In this document: positions 1 to 9,064 of the stretch, piece after piece | How positions within the stretch are numbered: the stretch's first letter is position 1 | How the letters are laid out: the number at the start of each line of letters is the position of its first letter | Assembly (NCBI GenBank): GCA_946415785.1 | Contig: CAMKTV010000001.1 | Span: 38,882-102,881 of the forward strand | Direction: 5' to 3' | DNA length: 64,000 nt | Source: an uncultured Solobacterium sp. | Lineage (GTDB): Bacteria; Bacillota_I; Bacilli_A; Erysipelotrichales; Erysipelotrichaceae | Notes under the pieces: model-generated | The model's input: the letters and a program-made list of their open reading frames with translations, nothing else | What the model was told of the DNA's origin: nothing | Database searches by the model: none | Position numbers and translations under genes: made by a program

Positions 1-1
1 G

Positions 2-1018
2 GGATATCGTGGAGATTTTCCTTTTGAAATAATTGATTATTATAGTACACTTGTCCCAACTACTGTTTATAATGCAGGCTTACCAGAAATTGATTCTCAT
101 TTTAAGAAAAGATTAGATATGAATAAATTTGATATTGTTCATGTACATACACCTTTTATTGCGGGAATTGAAGGTTTAAAATATGCCCGAAAAAATAAAG
201 TTCCTGTTGTAGGCTCTTTCCATTCCAAGTATTATGATGATTTTTTACAAATCACTGGTTCTAAACATTTAGCAGGCATAGGGACTGATGTTATTGTCAA
301 ATTCTACAACAAATGTGATGAAGTCTGGACTGTTTCGGAAAATTCCGCTGATACATTAAGAAGCTATGGCTATAAAAAACCAATCTATATTATTCCTAAT
401 GGTATGGAAATAAAAGACATTGATTATGAATTAGCAATTAAAGCTAAAAAACATTTTAATTTGAGTTTTGATCCAATGTTACTATATGTTGGCCAGATAA
501 ATTGGAAGAAGAATATTGAAAGAATAATTAATGCTTGTGCATTATTAAAAAAAGATGATATTAAATTTCAATTAGTCTTAGCTGGTAAAGGTCCTCATGA
601 AAAAGAAATAGCTGCAGCTATTGAAAAATTAGGCATCAAAGAAAGTGTTGTCTTTACTGGGCATATTCTTGATGAAGATTTATTATATGGACTTTATGCC
701 TTAGCAGATTTGTTTGTTTTCCCTTCGTTGTATGATACATATTCAATGGTTGTAAGAGAAGCAGCTAATGCCAAAACAGCTTCAGTAGTTGTAAAGGACT
801 CAGCACCAGCTGAATGTATAAAAGATAGAGAAAATGGATTCTTATGTGAGGATAATGATGAAAGTTTATTTAAGATTTTAAAAGAAGCTGTAGCTAATAG
901 AGATAATCTCGTAGAAATGGGAATTAAAGCCAAAGAAAGTATACCAATATCTTGGGATGTCGTGATTGACCAGGCAATTCAAAGATATGAACAAATAATA
1001 AAAATGAAATCTAAATAA
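2..1018 (+). CDS. Glycosyltransferase family 4 (GT-B fold), 5'-truncated by the window edge
   Basis: The frame is open from base 2 (GYRGDFPFEIIDYY... precedes the first Met at 119), so the gene starts upstream of the window. The C-terminal half has GT4-like features (VGQINWKKN, FPSLYDTYSMVVREAAN EX7E-like motif). Confidence 0.8.
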   Translation, partial: GYRGDFPFEIIDYYSTLVPTTVYNAGLPEIDSHFKKRLDMNKFDIVHVHTPFIAGIEGLKYARKNKVPVVGSFHSKYYDDFLQITGSKHLAGIGTDVIVKFYNKCDEVWTVSENSADTLRSYGYKKPIYIIPNGMEIKDIDYELAIKAKKHFNLSFDPMLLYVGQINWKKNIERIINACALLKKDDIKFQLVLAGKGPHEKEIAAAIEKLGIKESVVFTGHILDEDLLYGLYALADLFVFPSLYDTYSMVVREAANAKTASVVVKDSAPAECIKDRENGFLCEDNDESLFKILKEAVANRDNLVEMGIKAKESIPISWDVVIDQAIQRYEQIIKMKSK

Positions 1019-1034
1019 TAGATTTCATTTTTTT
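1002..1034 (+). terminator. Rho-independent terminator after the GT4 gene
   Basis: 12-bp stem aaatgaaatcta/tagatttcattt with a 5-nt loop, followed by a T-run. It overlaps the stop codon. Confidence 0.7.
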
Positions 1035-1056
1035 GTTTAAGTTTTAATAAGAATAA

Positions 1057-1425
1057 TTATGCTTTAAATAGACTATGAAGGTTGCAATAAGCATATACTT
1101 CTTCAACTTCATCACCTTCTAAAATCGCAAAGCATGCTTTTGGTTCATCACCTGGTTTTAATTGTTTTCTTTGATTACCAAATTTAGTTTTTAAAGCAAT
1201 CCATTCAATATAATGTTCTTCACTCATAGGGTGAGCTACTTCACCAACTGATACAACTACTTTGTTGTCCTTAACTTCATAAACAGGAACATGTTTTTCG
1301 CTTGCACCATCACTAACACCAGGAACGATTTCTTCCATTGCCTTACCACAACACATAACTGGGCATGCTTTCTTTTTGACGATAGCAACTATTTGGCCAC
1401 AAACACTACAACGATAAAATTTCAT
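1057..1425 (-). CDS. dfx: Desulfoferrodoxin (2Fe superoxide reductase)
   Basis: N-terminal desulforedoxin-type cysteines (CSVCGQ ... VMCCGK) and C-terminal SOR centre ligands (EKHVP, HPMSEEHYIEW, CNLHS). I moved the start to MKFYRC (ATG at 1425); the ORF track extends to 1455. Confidence 0.9.
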   Translation of the reverse strand: MKFYRCSVCGQIVAIVKKKACPVMCCGKAMEEIVPGVSDGASEKHVPVYEVKDNKVVVSVGEVAHPMSEEHYIEWIALKTKFGNQRKQLKPGDEPKACFAILEGDEVEEVYAYCNLHSLFKA

Positions 1426-1548
1426 TTCAATCTTAATCCTTCTTTCTAATATCATTATATTTTAAATTCGCGTAATTTACATTTCCTTTTTATGGAGAAA
1501 TTCTTGACTCCACATTATGTGCAATTTCAAAATAAGGAGGAAATGTTA

Positions 1549-1932
1549 ATGAAAGAAAAATTGTATCATCGAAAAGACATTATTAAGGAGTTTAATATTT
1601 CAAGAAGAATTATTGAAAATTATGAGAAGTTAGGATTAGTAAAACACAGCCACAAAGATAAGATGGGCTATTATCTCTATGATTCTAAAACATGTATAAA
1701 GATAGGGCAGGTTAGATTATTACAGTTATTAGGACTAAACCTAAAACAGATAAAAGAAGTATTTGAAAGAAAAGATAAAGAATATGAAAAGGAAGTAATA
1801 ATCAAACACATCAACTATCTTAAGGAACAACCTAAAAGAATAAATAAACTTATTAAAGTAGCTTATTTATATCTTGAAAACAAAGATGGATTCTTAGACC
1901 TAGAAACAATCAAAAGCATTTATAAACAATAA
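1549..1932 (+). CDS. MerR-family-like HTH transcriptional regulator
   Basis: N-terminal HTH-like segment YHRKDIIKEFNISRRIIENYEKLGLV followed by a helical or coiled-coil tail. GGAGG lies 8 nt upstream of ATG 1549. The longer ORF from 1492 has no SD. Confidence 0.6.
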   Translation: MKEKLYHRKDIIKEFNISRRIIENYEKLGLVKHSHKDKMGYYLYDSKTCIKIGQVRLLQLLGLNLKQIKEVFERKDKEYEKEVIIKHINYLKEQPKRINKLIKVAYLYLENKDGFLDLETIKSIYKQ

Positions 1933-1944
1933 GGAGGAAAGAAG

Positions 1945-2511
1945 ATGCTTAGAAAAATAATTATTATATTAATATGCATGGTATGCTTAGCTGGATGTGA
2001 TGAAGAAGAAACACAGACATCAACCAAAGATGAATTTCTTAATAATCTTAGAGACATTAAAGATCAATACGATGGAATTAAAAATGAAATCGAAGATACT
2101 AAAAATGAAATATATAGTATCTTTGGCAACAACACCGAATCATCAAAGCAAGAAGAAAGTACCAATAATGAAAAACAGCAAGATGATAGTGAATATATAA
2201 AAGCTACATTTGACGATATGATTTCTTTATTGGAGGAAAATGCTCTAAAAGCAAAGAAAACCTATGAAGACAAAATAGTTGAAGTAACTGGTATTTTAGT
2301 GAATATTGATTCAGATGGTAAATATATCGGCTTGGGTGAAATAAATAATAAATACTCTATTAGGTCATTGCTATGTGAAGTTTGTAACGAAGACCAATTA
2401 AATTATGTATTGGATATGAAAAAAGGCAATAAATATACAATAAAAGTTAGAATAACATCAGTTGGCGAAGTGTTAGGGTATTCAGGAGATATTGTAGATT
2501 TTGTTAATTAA
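1945..2511 (+). CDS. Lipoprotein of unknown function
   Basis: Signal peptide with lipobox LAGC (MLRKIIIILICMVCLAGC), a polar acidic linker and a compact C-terminal domain. GGAGG lies upstream. Confidence 0.7.
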   Translation: MLRKIIIILICMVCLAGCDEEETQTSTKDEFLNNLRDIKDQYDGIKNEIEDTKNEIYSIFGNNTESSKQEESTNNEKQQDDSEYIKATFDDMISLLEENALKAKKTYEDKIVEVTGILVNIDSDGKYIGLGEINNKYSIRSLLCEVCNEDQLNYVLDMKKGNKYTIKVRITSVGEVLGYSGDIVDFVN

Positions 2512-2544
2512 TATGATAAGAATTTAAAATAAAAAGATGTAGTT

Positions 2545-2570
2545 AAGAGGAAAAAACTTCCTCTTGTTAA
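2545..2570 (+). terminator. Putative terminator after the lipoprotein gene
   Basis: Stem aagaggaa/ttcctctt with loop aaaac. The T-tract is weak. Confidence 0.45.
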
Positions 2571-2597
2571 TATAAAATGTGATTAAAATGTGGCAGC

Positions 2598-2626
2598 ATA
2601 TAAATAAAACGCCTTTATTAGGCGTT
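2598..2626 (-). terminator. Terminator downstream of tRNA-Thr (minus strand)
   Basis: 6-bp GC-rich stem aacgcc/ggcgtt with a 7-nt loop. On the minus strand it is followed by TTTTATTTAT. Confidence 0.6.
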
Positions 2627-2636
2627 ATTTTAACAA

Positions 2637-2711
2637 TGGTGCCGATACCGAGAGTTGAACTTGGATCTGACCCTTACCAAGGGCCTATAATAACCGTTAT
2701 ACTATATCGGC
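2637..2711 (-). tRNA. tRNA-Thr (anticodon GGU)
   Basis: The reverse complement reads GCCGATATAGTATAACGGTTATTATAGGCCCTTGGTAAGGGTCAGATCCAAGTTCAACTCTCGGTATCGGCACCA. It folds as a cloverleaf with a 7-bp acceptor stem, anticodon arm GGCCC-TTGGTAA-GGGTC, TTCAACT T-loop and encoded CCA. The anticodon arm core CCCUUGGUAAGGG is the same as in E. coli tRNA-Thr(GGU) as I remember it. There is one A-C mismatch in the T-stem. Confidence 0.8.
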
Positions 2712-2832
2712 TTGTTTCTTTTATTTTAAAATATGGGCTATTTATAGGCAATAATTATTCATAATCTTTTTTATTTATCTTCAGTTGGAATTCACATTCA
2801 AAGTATAGCATTTAAGCAAGGAGGTAGAAACG

Positions 2833-3522
2833 ATGGCTGAGAGTTTTAAAAGATATGAAAAGAAATATCTTCTAAATGAAAAGCAATATTCTTCTATGAA
2901 AGAAAAACTTAAAGGTTATATTGAAGATGATGTGTACAAAGAATACAACCTGATGTCTATCTATTATGACAATGACAATTATGAACTTATAAGAAGATCA
3001 ATAGAAAAACCAAAATATAAAGAAAAGCTCAGAATTCGTGCATATAATCCTCCAAAAGATGATGACTATGTACAAGTCGAGCTTAAAAAGAAATATGATG
3101 GCATTGTCTATAAAAGAAGAACCAAAGCAAAATATAAAGAAGTAATGGATGATATATATAACGCACAGTTTAAAGATGAACAAATTGGAAAGGAAATAAA
3201 ATACTTCTTAGATTACTATGGAAAACTAAAACCAAAGATATATATAGCTTGTAATAGAAAGAGTTATATAGGAAAAGAAGATAAGATATTAAGAATTACT
3301 TTTGATGAAAAGATGGAATATCGATTTAAAGATTTATCATTAAATAAAAGTGAAAAAGATGAATCAATAAGAGATGGCATCATCATGGAAATAAAAGTAA
3401 ATGGGAATATGCCATTATGGCTAACTAAGATATTGGATGAAGTTAAAGCTTATTCAAGAGGGTTCTCAAAAGTAGGGAACGCATATCTAAAAGAAATGGA
3501 GAAAGAAAATGGAATTATTTAA
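2833..3522 (+). CDS. VTC-domain (polyphosphate-polymerase-like, CYTH/triphosphate-tunnel fold) protein
   Basis: The N-terminus FKRYEKKYLL..., LRIRAY and the length (229 aa) match bacterial VTC-domain proteins as I know them. It overlaps the next gene by 14 nt. Confidence 0.75.
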   Translation: MAESFKRYEKKYLLNEKQYSSMKEKLKGYIEDDVYKEYNLMSIYYDNDNYELIRRSIEKPKYKEKLRIRAYNPPKDDDYVQVELKKKYDGIVYKRRTKAKYKEVMDDIYNAQFKDEQIGKEIKYFLDYYGKLKPKIYIACNRKSYIGKEDKILRITFDEKMEYRFKDLSLNKSEKDESIRDGIIMEIKVNGNMPLWLTKILDEVKAYSRGFSKVGNAYLKEMEKENGII

Positions 3523-4180
3523 AACAATTTTTACAGGAACATTTACCGTAGGACAGTTTTTGATCACAATAATTGTGAGCTTGGTATTAGGTTTATTTGT
3601 ATCTTTATATTACATGTATAAATCTCAACACACTAAATCATTAGCGTTATCATTAATTCTTATTCCAGCTATTGAAGCAGTAGTAATTATGATGGTTAAT
3701 GGCAGCTTAGGTGCAGGCATTGCCGTAGCTGGTTCATTTGCCTTAATCAGATTTAGGAGTGTTAAAGGCAGTGCTAAAGAACTTACATGTATCTTCTTGG
3801 CAATGGCTATCGGTATCATCTGTGGTACTGGTTATATCGCAATCGCTGCATTATTTACTTTATTATTATTGGCAGTATCTTTCATCTTAACTACAATTGG
3901 TTTTGGTAAAGATGGTGTCAATGAAAAATATTTAAAAGTGACTATTCCTGAATCATTAAATTATGATGAAGCATTTGAAGATATCTTAAATAAATATACT
4001 TCAAGTCATGAATTAATCAGCATTAAGACATTAAATCTAGGTAGTTTATTTAGAGTTGAATATAACGTAAATATGAAAGACCTAAAACAAGTTAAAGAAA
4101 TGATCGATGAATTAAGAACCAGAAATGGTAATTTAGAAATCATGTGTGGTTCTAAGGCAGGCGAAAAGGAGGAATTGTAA
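3509..4180 (+). CDS. DUF4956-like membrane protein
   Basis: Four predicted TM helices followed by a soluble roughly 90-aa tail. This is the usual partner architecture of bacterial VTC-domain genes. Its stop overlaps the next ATG (TAATG). Confidence 0.7.
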   Translation: MELFKTIFTGTFTVGQFLITIIVSLVLGLFVSLYYMYKSQHTKSLALSLILIPAIEAVVIMMVNGSLGAGIAVAGSFALIRFRSVKGSAKELTCIFLAMAIGIICGTGYIAIAALFTLLLLAVSFILTTIGFGKDGVNEKYLKVTIPESLNYDEAFEDILNKYTSSHELISIKTLNLGSLFRVEYNVNMKDLKQVKEMIDELRTRNGNLEIMCGSKAGEKEEL

Positions 4181-5547
4181 TGAAAAAGATCATAGTCATA
4201 TTAATAAGTTTATTTATTCTATGTGGCTGTAGTGGCGTAATTTATGATAGTAGCGAAAATGTTGATACAAACAATTTAAGCTTCAATAATGAAGACCTTG
4301 ATTCATCTTATTCTAATACAACTAATCTGGTTGTAGATGATGACGATGTTTATATTACAAGTGGAGGCACATATACATTAAGTGGCGTGCTTGAAGATAT
4401 ATCAGTAATTATCAATGTAGATGAAAAAGAAGAAGTTCAATTGGTACTCGATAATGTGACAATTAATTCAAATGATTTCGCTGCTATCTATGTTATAGAG
4501 GCAGACAAAGTTACAATCACTTTAGCTCAAGGAAGTGTTAATACATTAACTGATGGTTCAACTTATAAACAAATAGATACCAACAATGTGGATGCTGTTA
4601 TTTTCTCAAAAGCAGATCTAGTAATAAACGGGGAGGGAACACTTAATATTAATGCGAATTATTCACATGGCATCGTATCTAAAGATGATTTAATTATCAC
4701 GGGCGGCAATTATAATATTAATGCTGTTGGACAGGGAATTTGTGGCAAAGATTGTTTAAAAATATCTAGTGGCAATTTCAATGTTGAAAGTGGTGGTGAT
4801 GCATTGAAATCAAATAATGATGAAGATGCAGATAGAGGCTATGTATATATCACTGGTGGCACATATGTTATTAATTCTAAAGGTGATGGTATTTATGGAA
4901 TCAATCTTGTAAGCATTGAAGGAGGAAATTTCAACATCACTACCAGCAAATCATCAAATACATCATATAAAGCAATTAAATCTGATGCTTCAATAAAGAT
5001 AAGTGGTGGTGACTTCATCATCAATGCATATGATGATGGCATCCATAGTGATAATAGTATTTATATAAGTGAGGGCAATTTCACCATCACATCAACTGAT
5101 GATGGCATTCATGGTGATGGTTTAGTCACAATTGATAATGGCAATGTTGATATCAGTGCAAGAGAAGGCATTGAAGGAACATATATTGTCATAAATGGTG
5201 GAACTATTAATATTAGTGCCAGTGATGATGGTATCAACGCTGGTCAAAAGATTTCAAGCTATACTCCGACTGTTGAAATAAATGGTGGATACATCACAAT
5301 TGTTATGGGACAGGGAGACACTGATGGCATTGATTCAAATGGCTATATCTATATCAATGGTGGAACTGTTGATATAACTGGTCAATCATCATTTGATTAT
5401 GATCTAGGTGCTGAACATAATGGTGGAACAATTATCGTCAATGGCAGTCAAACTGATACAATAACAAATCAATTTGGTGGTGGAATGCAGGGCACCCCTG
5501 GTCAAGGAAGCTACTCCCCCTTTAGTGGCTTTGGCCCACGTAGATAA
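4180..5547 (+). CDS. Secreted lipoprotein with parallel beta-helix repeats (Cthe_2159-type carbohydrate-binding-like)
   Basis: Lipobox LCGC. The protein has many repeats of the form GG.f.I...dDGI.s... and a Gly-rich C-terminal tail. Confidence 0.7.
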   Translation: MKKIIVILISLFILCGCSGVIYDSSENVDTNNLSFNNEDLDSSYSNTTNLVVDDDDVYITSGGTYTLSGVLEDISVIINVDEKEEVQLVLDNVTINSNDFAAIYVIEADKVTITLAQGSVNTLTDGSTYKQIDTNNVDAVIFSKADLVINGEGTLNINANYSHGIVSKDDLIITGGNYNINAVGQGICGKDCLKISSGNFNVESGGDALKSNNDEDADRGYVYITGGTYVINSKGDGIYGINLVSIEGGNFNITTSKSSNTSYKAIKSDASIKISGGDFIINAYDDGIHSDNSIYISEGNFTITSTDDGIHGDGLVTIDNGNVDISAREGIEGTYIVINGGTINISASDDGINAGQKISSYTPTVEINGGYITIVMGQGDTDGIDSNGYIYINGGTVDITGQSSFDYDLGAEHNGGTIIVNGSQTDTITNQFGGGMQGTPGQGSYSPFSGFGPRR

Positions 5548-5549
5548 TA

Positions 5550-5585
5550 AATATGGTCTAGTTAAACTAGACCATATTTTTTTAA
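5550..5585. terminator. Bidirectional terminator between convergent genes
   Basis: 12-bp perfect stem aatatggtctag/ctagaccatatt flanked by an A-run and a T-run. It overlaps the maf stop codon. Confidence 0.75.
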
Positions 5586-6122
5586 TCGATTATATATCTG
5601 ACTTAGTGGTAAGCCCATAATGGCGTAATAATCGCCATCTATTTTTTTGATGAATTTACCACCAATGCCCTGTATTGCATAAGCACCTGCTTTATCTAGG
5701 GGCTCTTTTGTCTTAACGTATTCTTCTATTTCTTCATCACTTAAAGGATTGAAATAAACATCTGATACAACAGAGAAAGTCTCTGACATCTTATTAGAAA
5801 TAATCGTAACACCTGTTATAACGACATGTTTATTATTTTCTAAAAGATGCAACATCTCTTTAGCTTCTTCTATACTTTTAGGTTTTCCTAAAACCTTATC
5901 ATCTAAAGTAACAATTGTATCAGAACCAATTACCACAGCATCATTATGATCTTTAAATATTTCATTGGCCTTTAAAAAAGAAAGTCTTTCTATTTCTTCT
6001 TGTAAAGGCTTATTATCATCAATTGTTTCCTTAATGTCAGCAGCAATTATTTCAAAAGGGATATTTAAATAAGATAATATTTCTTTTCTTCTAGGAGAAG
6101 CTGAAGCTAGTATTAATTTCAT
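5562..6122 (-). CDS. maf: Maf-family nucleoside triphosphate pyrophosphatase
   Basis: N-terminus MKLILASASPRRKEIL and the motifs GSDT.V and GAYAIQG. Confidence 0.9.
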   Translation of the reverse strand: MKLILASASPRRKEILSYLNIPFEIIAADIKETIDDNKPLQEEIERLSFLKANEIFKDHNDAVVIGSDTIVTLDDKVLGKPKSIEEAKEMLHLLENNKHVVITGVTIISNKMSETFSVVSDVYFNPLSDEEIEEYVKTKEPLDKAGAYAIQGIGGKFIKKIDGDYYAIMGLPLSQIYNRLKKYGLV

Positions 6123-6895
6123 TTTTTAATGTACCTGTTATAAATATAATTCAAACCTAATGAAACCATATCAGCTTCATAATATTCAATTTCTTTAATA
6201 TCTTTGACAATATCTTTACCAAAGCCACCACAGCCAACTATCTTTGGATTAACATTAAGTTCAGCTTTTAAACCAGCCAATAAATATCTTAATGAACCAA
6301 TATATCCCTGATAGATACCAACATTCATAGCATCTAATGTGTTATTGGCTAAAAAAGTTAACATTCTTTTTGTCTCAAATTTTGGAAGTTTTGCGGCATT
6401 GCCCCACAATGTTTCCGCAATCTTTCCATACCCTGGAGAGATTATACAATGTTTAAATATGCCTTCTTCATCAATATGACAAATAACTGTAGCTGTGCCC
6501 ATTGATACAACTAATAATTCCTGTTTAAAAAGATTATAGGCATAAGCACACATCACTAATAAATCAGCACCAACTTCACCAGCATTTGGAATATCAAACT
6601 TAATTCCATAATCATTGAAAGGATCAATAAAGATTCCCTGTTTATTAAATAATTCAAAAATAGCTTTATCTAATGCGCTGTTGGCTTTAGGCACAACACT
6701 TGAAATAATGATGTCATCTATTAAGTCTTCTTTATAATTGTTGCGATATAAAAAGCCCTTAATTAGAGCTACAAAATCATCAAGAACAGTATCAGTCGCT
6801 AAAAAAGCTTTTATCTCATCATTTTCAAATATCGCTAATTTAATAAACGAATTACCTAGGTCAATTGTAAGCAGCATATTTTTATTATAAAGCAT
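6119..6895 (-). CDS. coaX: Type III pantothenate kinase
   Basis: The motifs LLTIDLGNS.IK and GTA.V, and the length, fit CoaX. An alternative start is the MLLTIDLGNS Met at 6877. Confidence 0.85.
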   Translation of the reverse strand: MLYNKNMLLTIDLGNSFIKLAIFENDEIKAFLATDTVLDDFVALIKGFLYRNNYKEDLIDDIIISSVVPKANSALDKAIFELFNKQGIFIDPFNDYGIKFDIPNAGEVGADLLVMCAYAYNLFKQELLVVSMGTATVICHIDEEGIFKHCIISPGYGKIAETLWGNAAKLPKFETKRMLTFLANNTLDAMNVGIYQGYIGSLRYLLAGLKAELNVNPKIVGCGGFGKDIVKDIKEIEYYEADMVSLGLNYIYNRYIKK

Positions 6896-6937
6896 TATTG
6901 CTTTTTTTGTTGTTTTTTTGTATCATAATAAGGCACT

Positions 6938-7020
6938 CCGGGTGTGGCGAAATTGGCAGACGCGCTAGACTTAGGATCTAGTGGGTGACCGTGGGGGTTC
7001 GAGTCCCTTCACCCGGACCA
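6938..7020 (+). tRNA. tRNA-Leu (anticodon UAG)
   Basis: CCGGGTGTGGCGAAATTGGCAGACGCGCTAGACTTAGGATCTAGTGGGTGACCGTGGGGGTTCGAGTCCCTTCACCCGGACCA. It has a long variable arm, anticodon loop CTTAGGA and encoded CCA. Confidence 0.9.
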
Positions 7021-7032
7021 ATTATATCTTAT

Positions 7033-7054
7033 AAAAGCCCTTATGGGCTTTTTT
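7033..7054 (+). terminator. Terminator after tRNA-Leu
   Basis: Hairpin aaaagccc-ttat-gggctttt followed by a T-run. Confidence 0.8.
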
Positions 7055-7131
7055 AATAGCTAAATAATTTTCTTATCCAAATTCATTAAGTTTTAGATAT
7101 ACAACATTCTAAAACATTATCATAGCCTCTA

Positions 7132-7159
7132 TTTACAAAACTTCCTCTTAGTTTATAAT
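7132..7159 (+). promoter_or_regulatory. Putative sigma-A promoter of the folT operon
   Basis: TTTACA/TTACAA -35 box and TATAAT -10 box (7154-7159) with a 15-16 nt spacer, just upstream of the riboswitch. Confidence 0.45.
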
Positions 7160-7171
7160 AAGTTTATATAT

Positions 7172-7258
7172 CAGGGTGGGATTAATGCGTTAAGTGCTAC
7201 TATACGGGACGTTGATAGTAGACGAAGAATTAGTTCGCGATATTAATCCGCGTCCACT
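7172..7258 (+). promoter_or_regulatory. THF (tetrahydrofolate) riboswitch
   Basis: Conserved THF-I elements are present: GCGUUAAGUG, GGGACGU, ACGAAG, UCGCG and CCGCG. P1 is GTGG/CCAC and P2 is GATTAAT/ATTAATC. The 3' side of P1 abuts the SD GGAGG (7259-7263) of folT. Confidence 0.85.
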
Positions 7259-7270
7259 GGAGGTGTTTTA

Positions 7271-7780
7271 ATGAAAAACAATAAGATTGTTAAAATGGTT
7301 TTCTTGGCATTGATGCTAGGCTTAAACATTGTGTTTTCGCGTATTTTACCACCAATAAATGCATGGAATATTAAGATTTCAATAACCTTTATTACTTATG
7401 TAATTACTGGCAATATATATGGTCCATTCTTTAGTGCTCTTATTGGAGGACTTGGTGATTTTATTGGTGCCTTAGCTTTTCCAATTGGTGAATATAATCC
7501 TTTATTCACAATTACTGCAATTGCTTCTGGCTTTGTCTTTGGTTTCTTTAGAAAAGACAATATGAAAATTGGACAGGTACTAATTGAATGTCTAGTTAAT
7601 AATATTTTTGTGACCTTATTATTGAATTCATATTTTATTGCGATTGCCTATAATTCATCATATAAAGCATTATTAGCTTCTAGAAGTATCCAGGCTGGAG
7701 TCATGTTGGTAATCCAAATAGTATTAATAACTTTATTAAGACCAGCAGTAGAAGATTTAAGTGGACGTAGCAAGTTATGA
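7271..7780 (+). CDS. folT: Folate ECF transporter S component
   Basis: 169-aa protein with 5-6 TM helices, located directly behind a THF riboswitch and in front of folC. Confidence 0.8.
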   Translation: MKNNKIVKMVFLALMLGLNIVFSRILPPINAWNIKISITFITYVITGNIYGPFFSALIGGLGDFIGALAFPIGEYNPLFTITAIASGFVFGFFRKDNMKIGQVLIECLVNNIFVTLLLNSYFIAIAYNSSYKALLASRSIQAGVMLVIQIVLITLLRPAVEDLSGRSKL

Positions 7781-9054
7781 GCGAAAAAGAAATCATTTCT
7801 TTTATTGAAGATAGACCTTGGGTGAGATCATCTGATCGATTAGAGAAGATGAGTCTTATTTTAAAAGAACTTCATAATCCGCAAAAGAAATTAAAATATA
7901 TTCATGTCGCTGGTACTAATGGTAAAGGGTCATGTTGCGCATTACTTACAAGTATTCTAATTGACAGCGGTTATAAAGTAGGTACTTATACTTCTCCTCA
8001 TTTAATTAAATATAATGAGCGTTTCTGTATAAACAATATTCCTGTTTCTAATAAAGAATTAGGTTTAATAATAAAAGATTTAAAACAAGCATTTAAAAGA
8101 TTGGATTTTGTGCCAAGTGTTTTTGAAACACTTACAGCGATTGCCTTTGAATATTTTAAAAGAGAAAAAGTAGATGTCGTTGTTTTAGAAGTTGGCTTAG
8201 GTGGCAGATACGATGCTACAAATATCATTGATAAATCACAATTAAGTATTCTTATGAATATTGGCCTTGAACATACAGAAGTATTGGGTAAGACTTTAGA
8301 AAAGATTGCTTATGAAAAGTCTGGCATCATTAAGGAAAATGGTGATGTTTTATCTTATGACAATTCAAAAAAAGTAATTAAAGTATTTAAAGAAGTAGCT
8401 AAAGAAAAAAAGGCCAGATTAAAAGTTGTGAACTTTGATTTAATAAAGATCAAAGAAGAAGGATTAGATCATCAGATTTTTGATTATGGTCATTTAAAGA
8501 ATATTGAATTAGGCTTATTGGGAAGGCATCAATTCTATAATGCTGCTGTAGTCATTGAAGCGATAAAGATATTAAGAAAAAAGGGCTACAACATTTCTAA
8601 TGATAATTTAAGAAATGGTTTAAAAAATGTTAAGTGGAATGCACGATTAGAGATATTATCTAAAAATCCTTTGTTTATTTTAGATGGTGCTCATAATCCT
8701 CAATGTGTCAGTGCTTTGAAAAAATCTTTACCATTTTTAATCGGAAAGAAAAAAGCTTATTTTATATTTGGAAGTTTAACTGATAAAGATTATCTTAAGA
8801 TGATTGATATGATGGCTCCTTACGCGAAAGAATTTATCTGTTTTGCGCCAAATTCAAATAGAGCCCTAAAAGCATCTAAATTAGCTATGATAATTAAAAA
8901 GAAGGGTATTAAGGCTACTTGTGCTTCTTCTTGTCTAGAAGCTATTGAAAAAGCTTATAAGAAAACTAAAAAAGATGATGTGATAATTGCTTTTGGTTCT
9001 TTATATTTAGCTGGTGAAATAAAAGATGAATTTAATAAATATCTTGGCTTATAA
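7777..9054 (+). CDS. folC: Folylpolyglutamate synthase / dihydrofolate synthase
   Basis: Mur-ligase P-loop HVAGTNGKGS, the motifs LEVGLGGRYDATN and DGAHNP. Confidence 0.9.
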   Translation: MSEKEIISFIEDRPWVRSSDRLEKMSLILKELHNPQKKLKYIHVAGTNGKGSCCALLTSILIDSGYKVGTYTSPHLIKYNERFCINNIPVSNKELGLIIKDLKQAFKRLDFVPSVFETLTAIAFEYFKREKVDVVVLEVGLGGRYDATNIIDKSQLSILMNIGLEHTEVLGKTLEKIAYEKSGIIKENGDVLSYDNSKKVIKVFKEVAKEKKARLKVVNFDLIKIKEEGLDHQIFDYGHLKNIELGLLGRHQFYNAAVVIEAIKILRKKGYNISNDNLRNGLKNVKWNARLEILSKNPLFILDGAHNPQCVSALKKSLPFLIGKKKAYFIFGSLTDKDYLKMIDMMAPYAKEFICFAPNSNRALKASKLAMIIKKKGIKATCASSCLEAIEKAYKKTKKDDVIIAFGSLYLAGEIKDEFNKYLGL

Positions 9055-9064
9055 TAATTAAGAA

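Noticed and set aside
2579-2764. 61-aa plus-strand ORF from the ORF track
   Set aside because: It lies exactly over the minus-strand tRNA-Thr and its terminator. It has no RBS and its sequence is explained by the tRNA.
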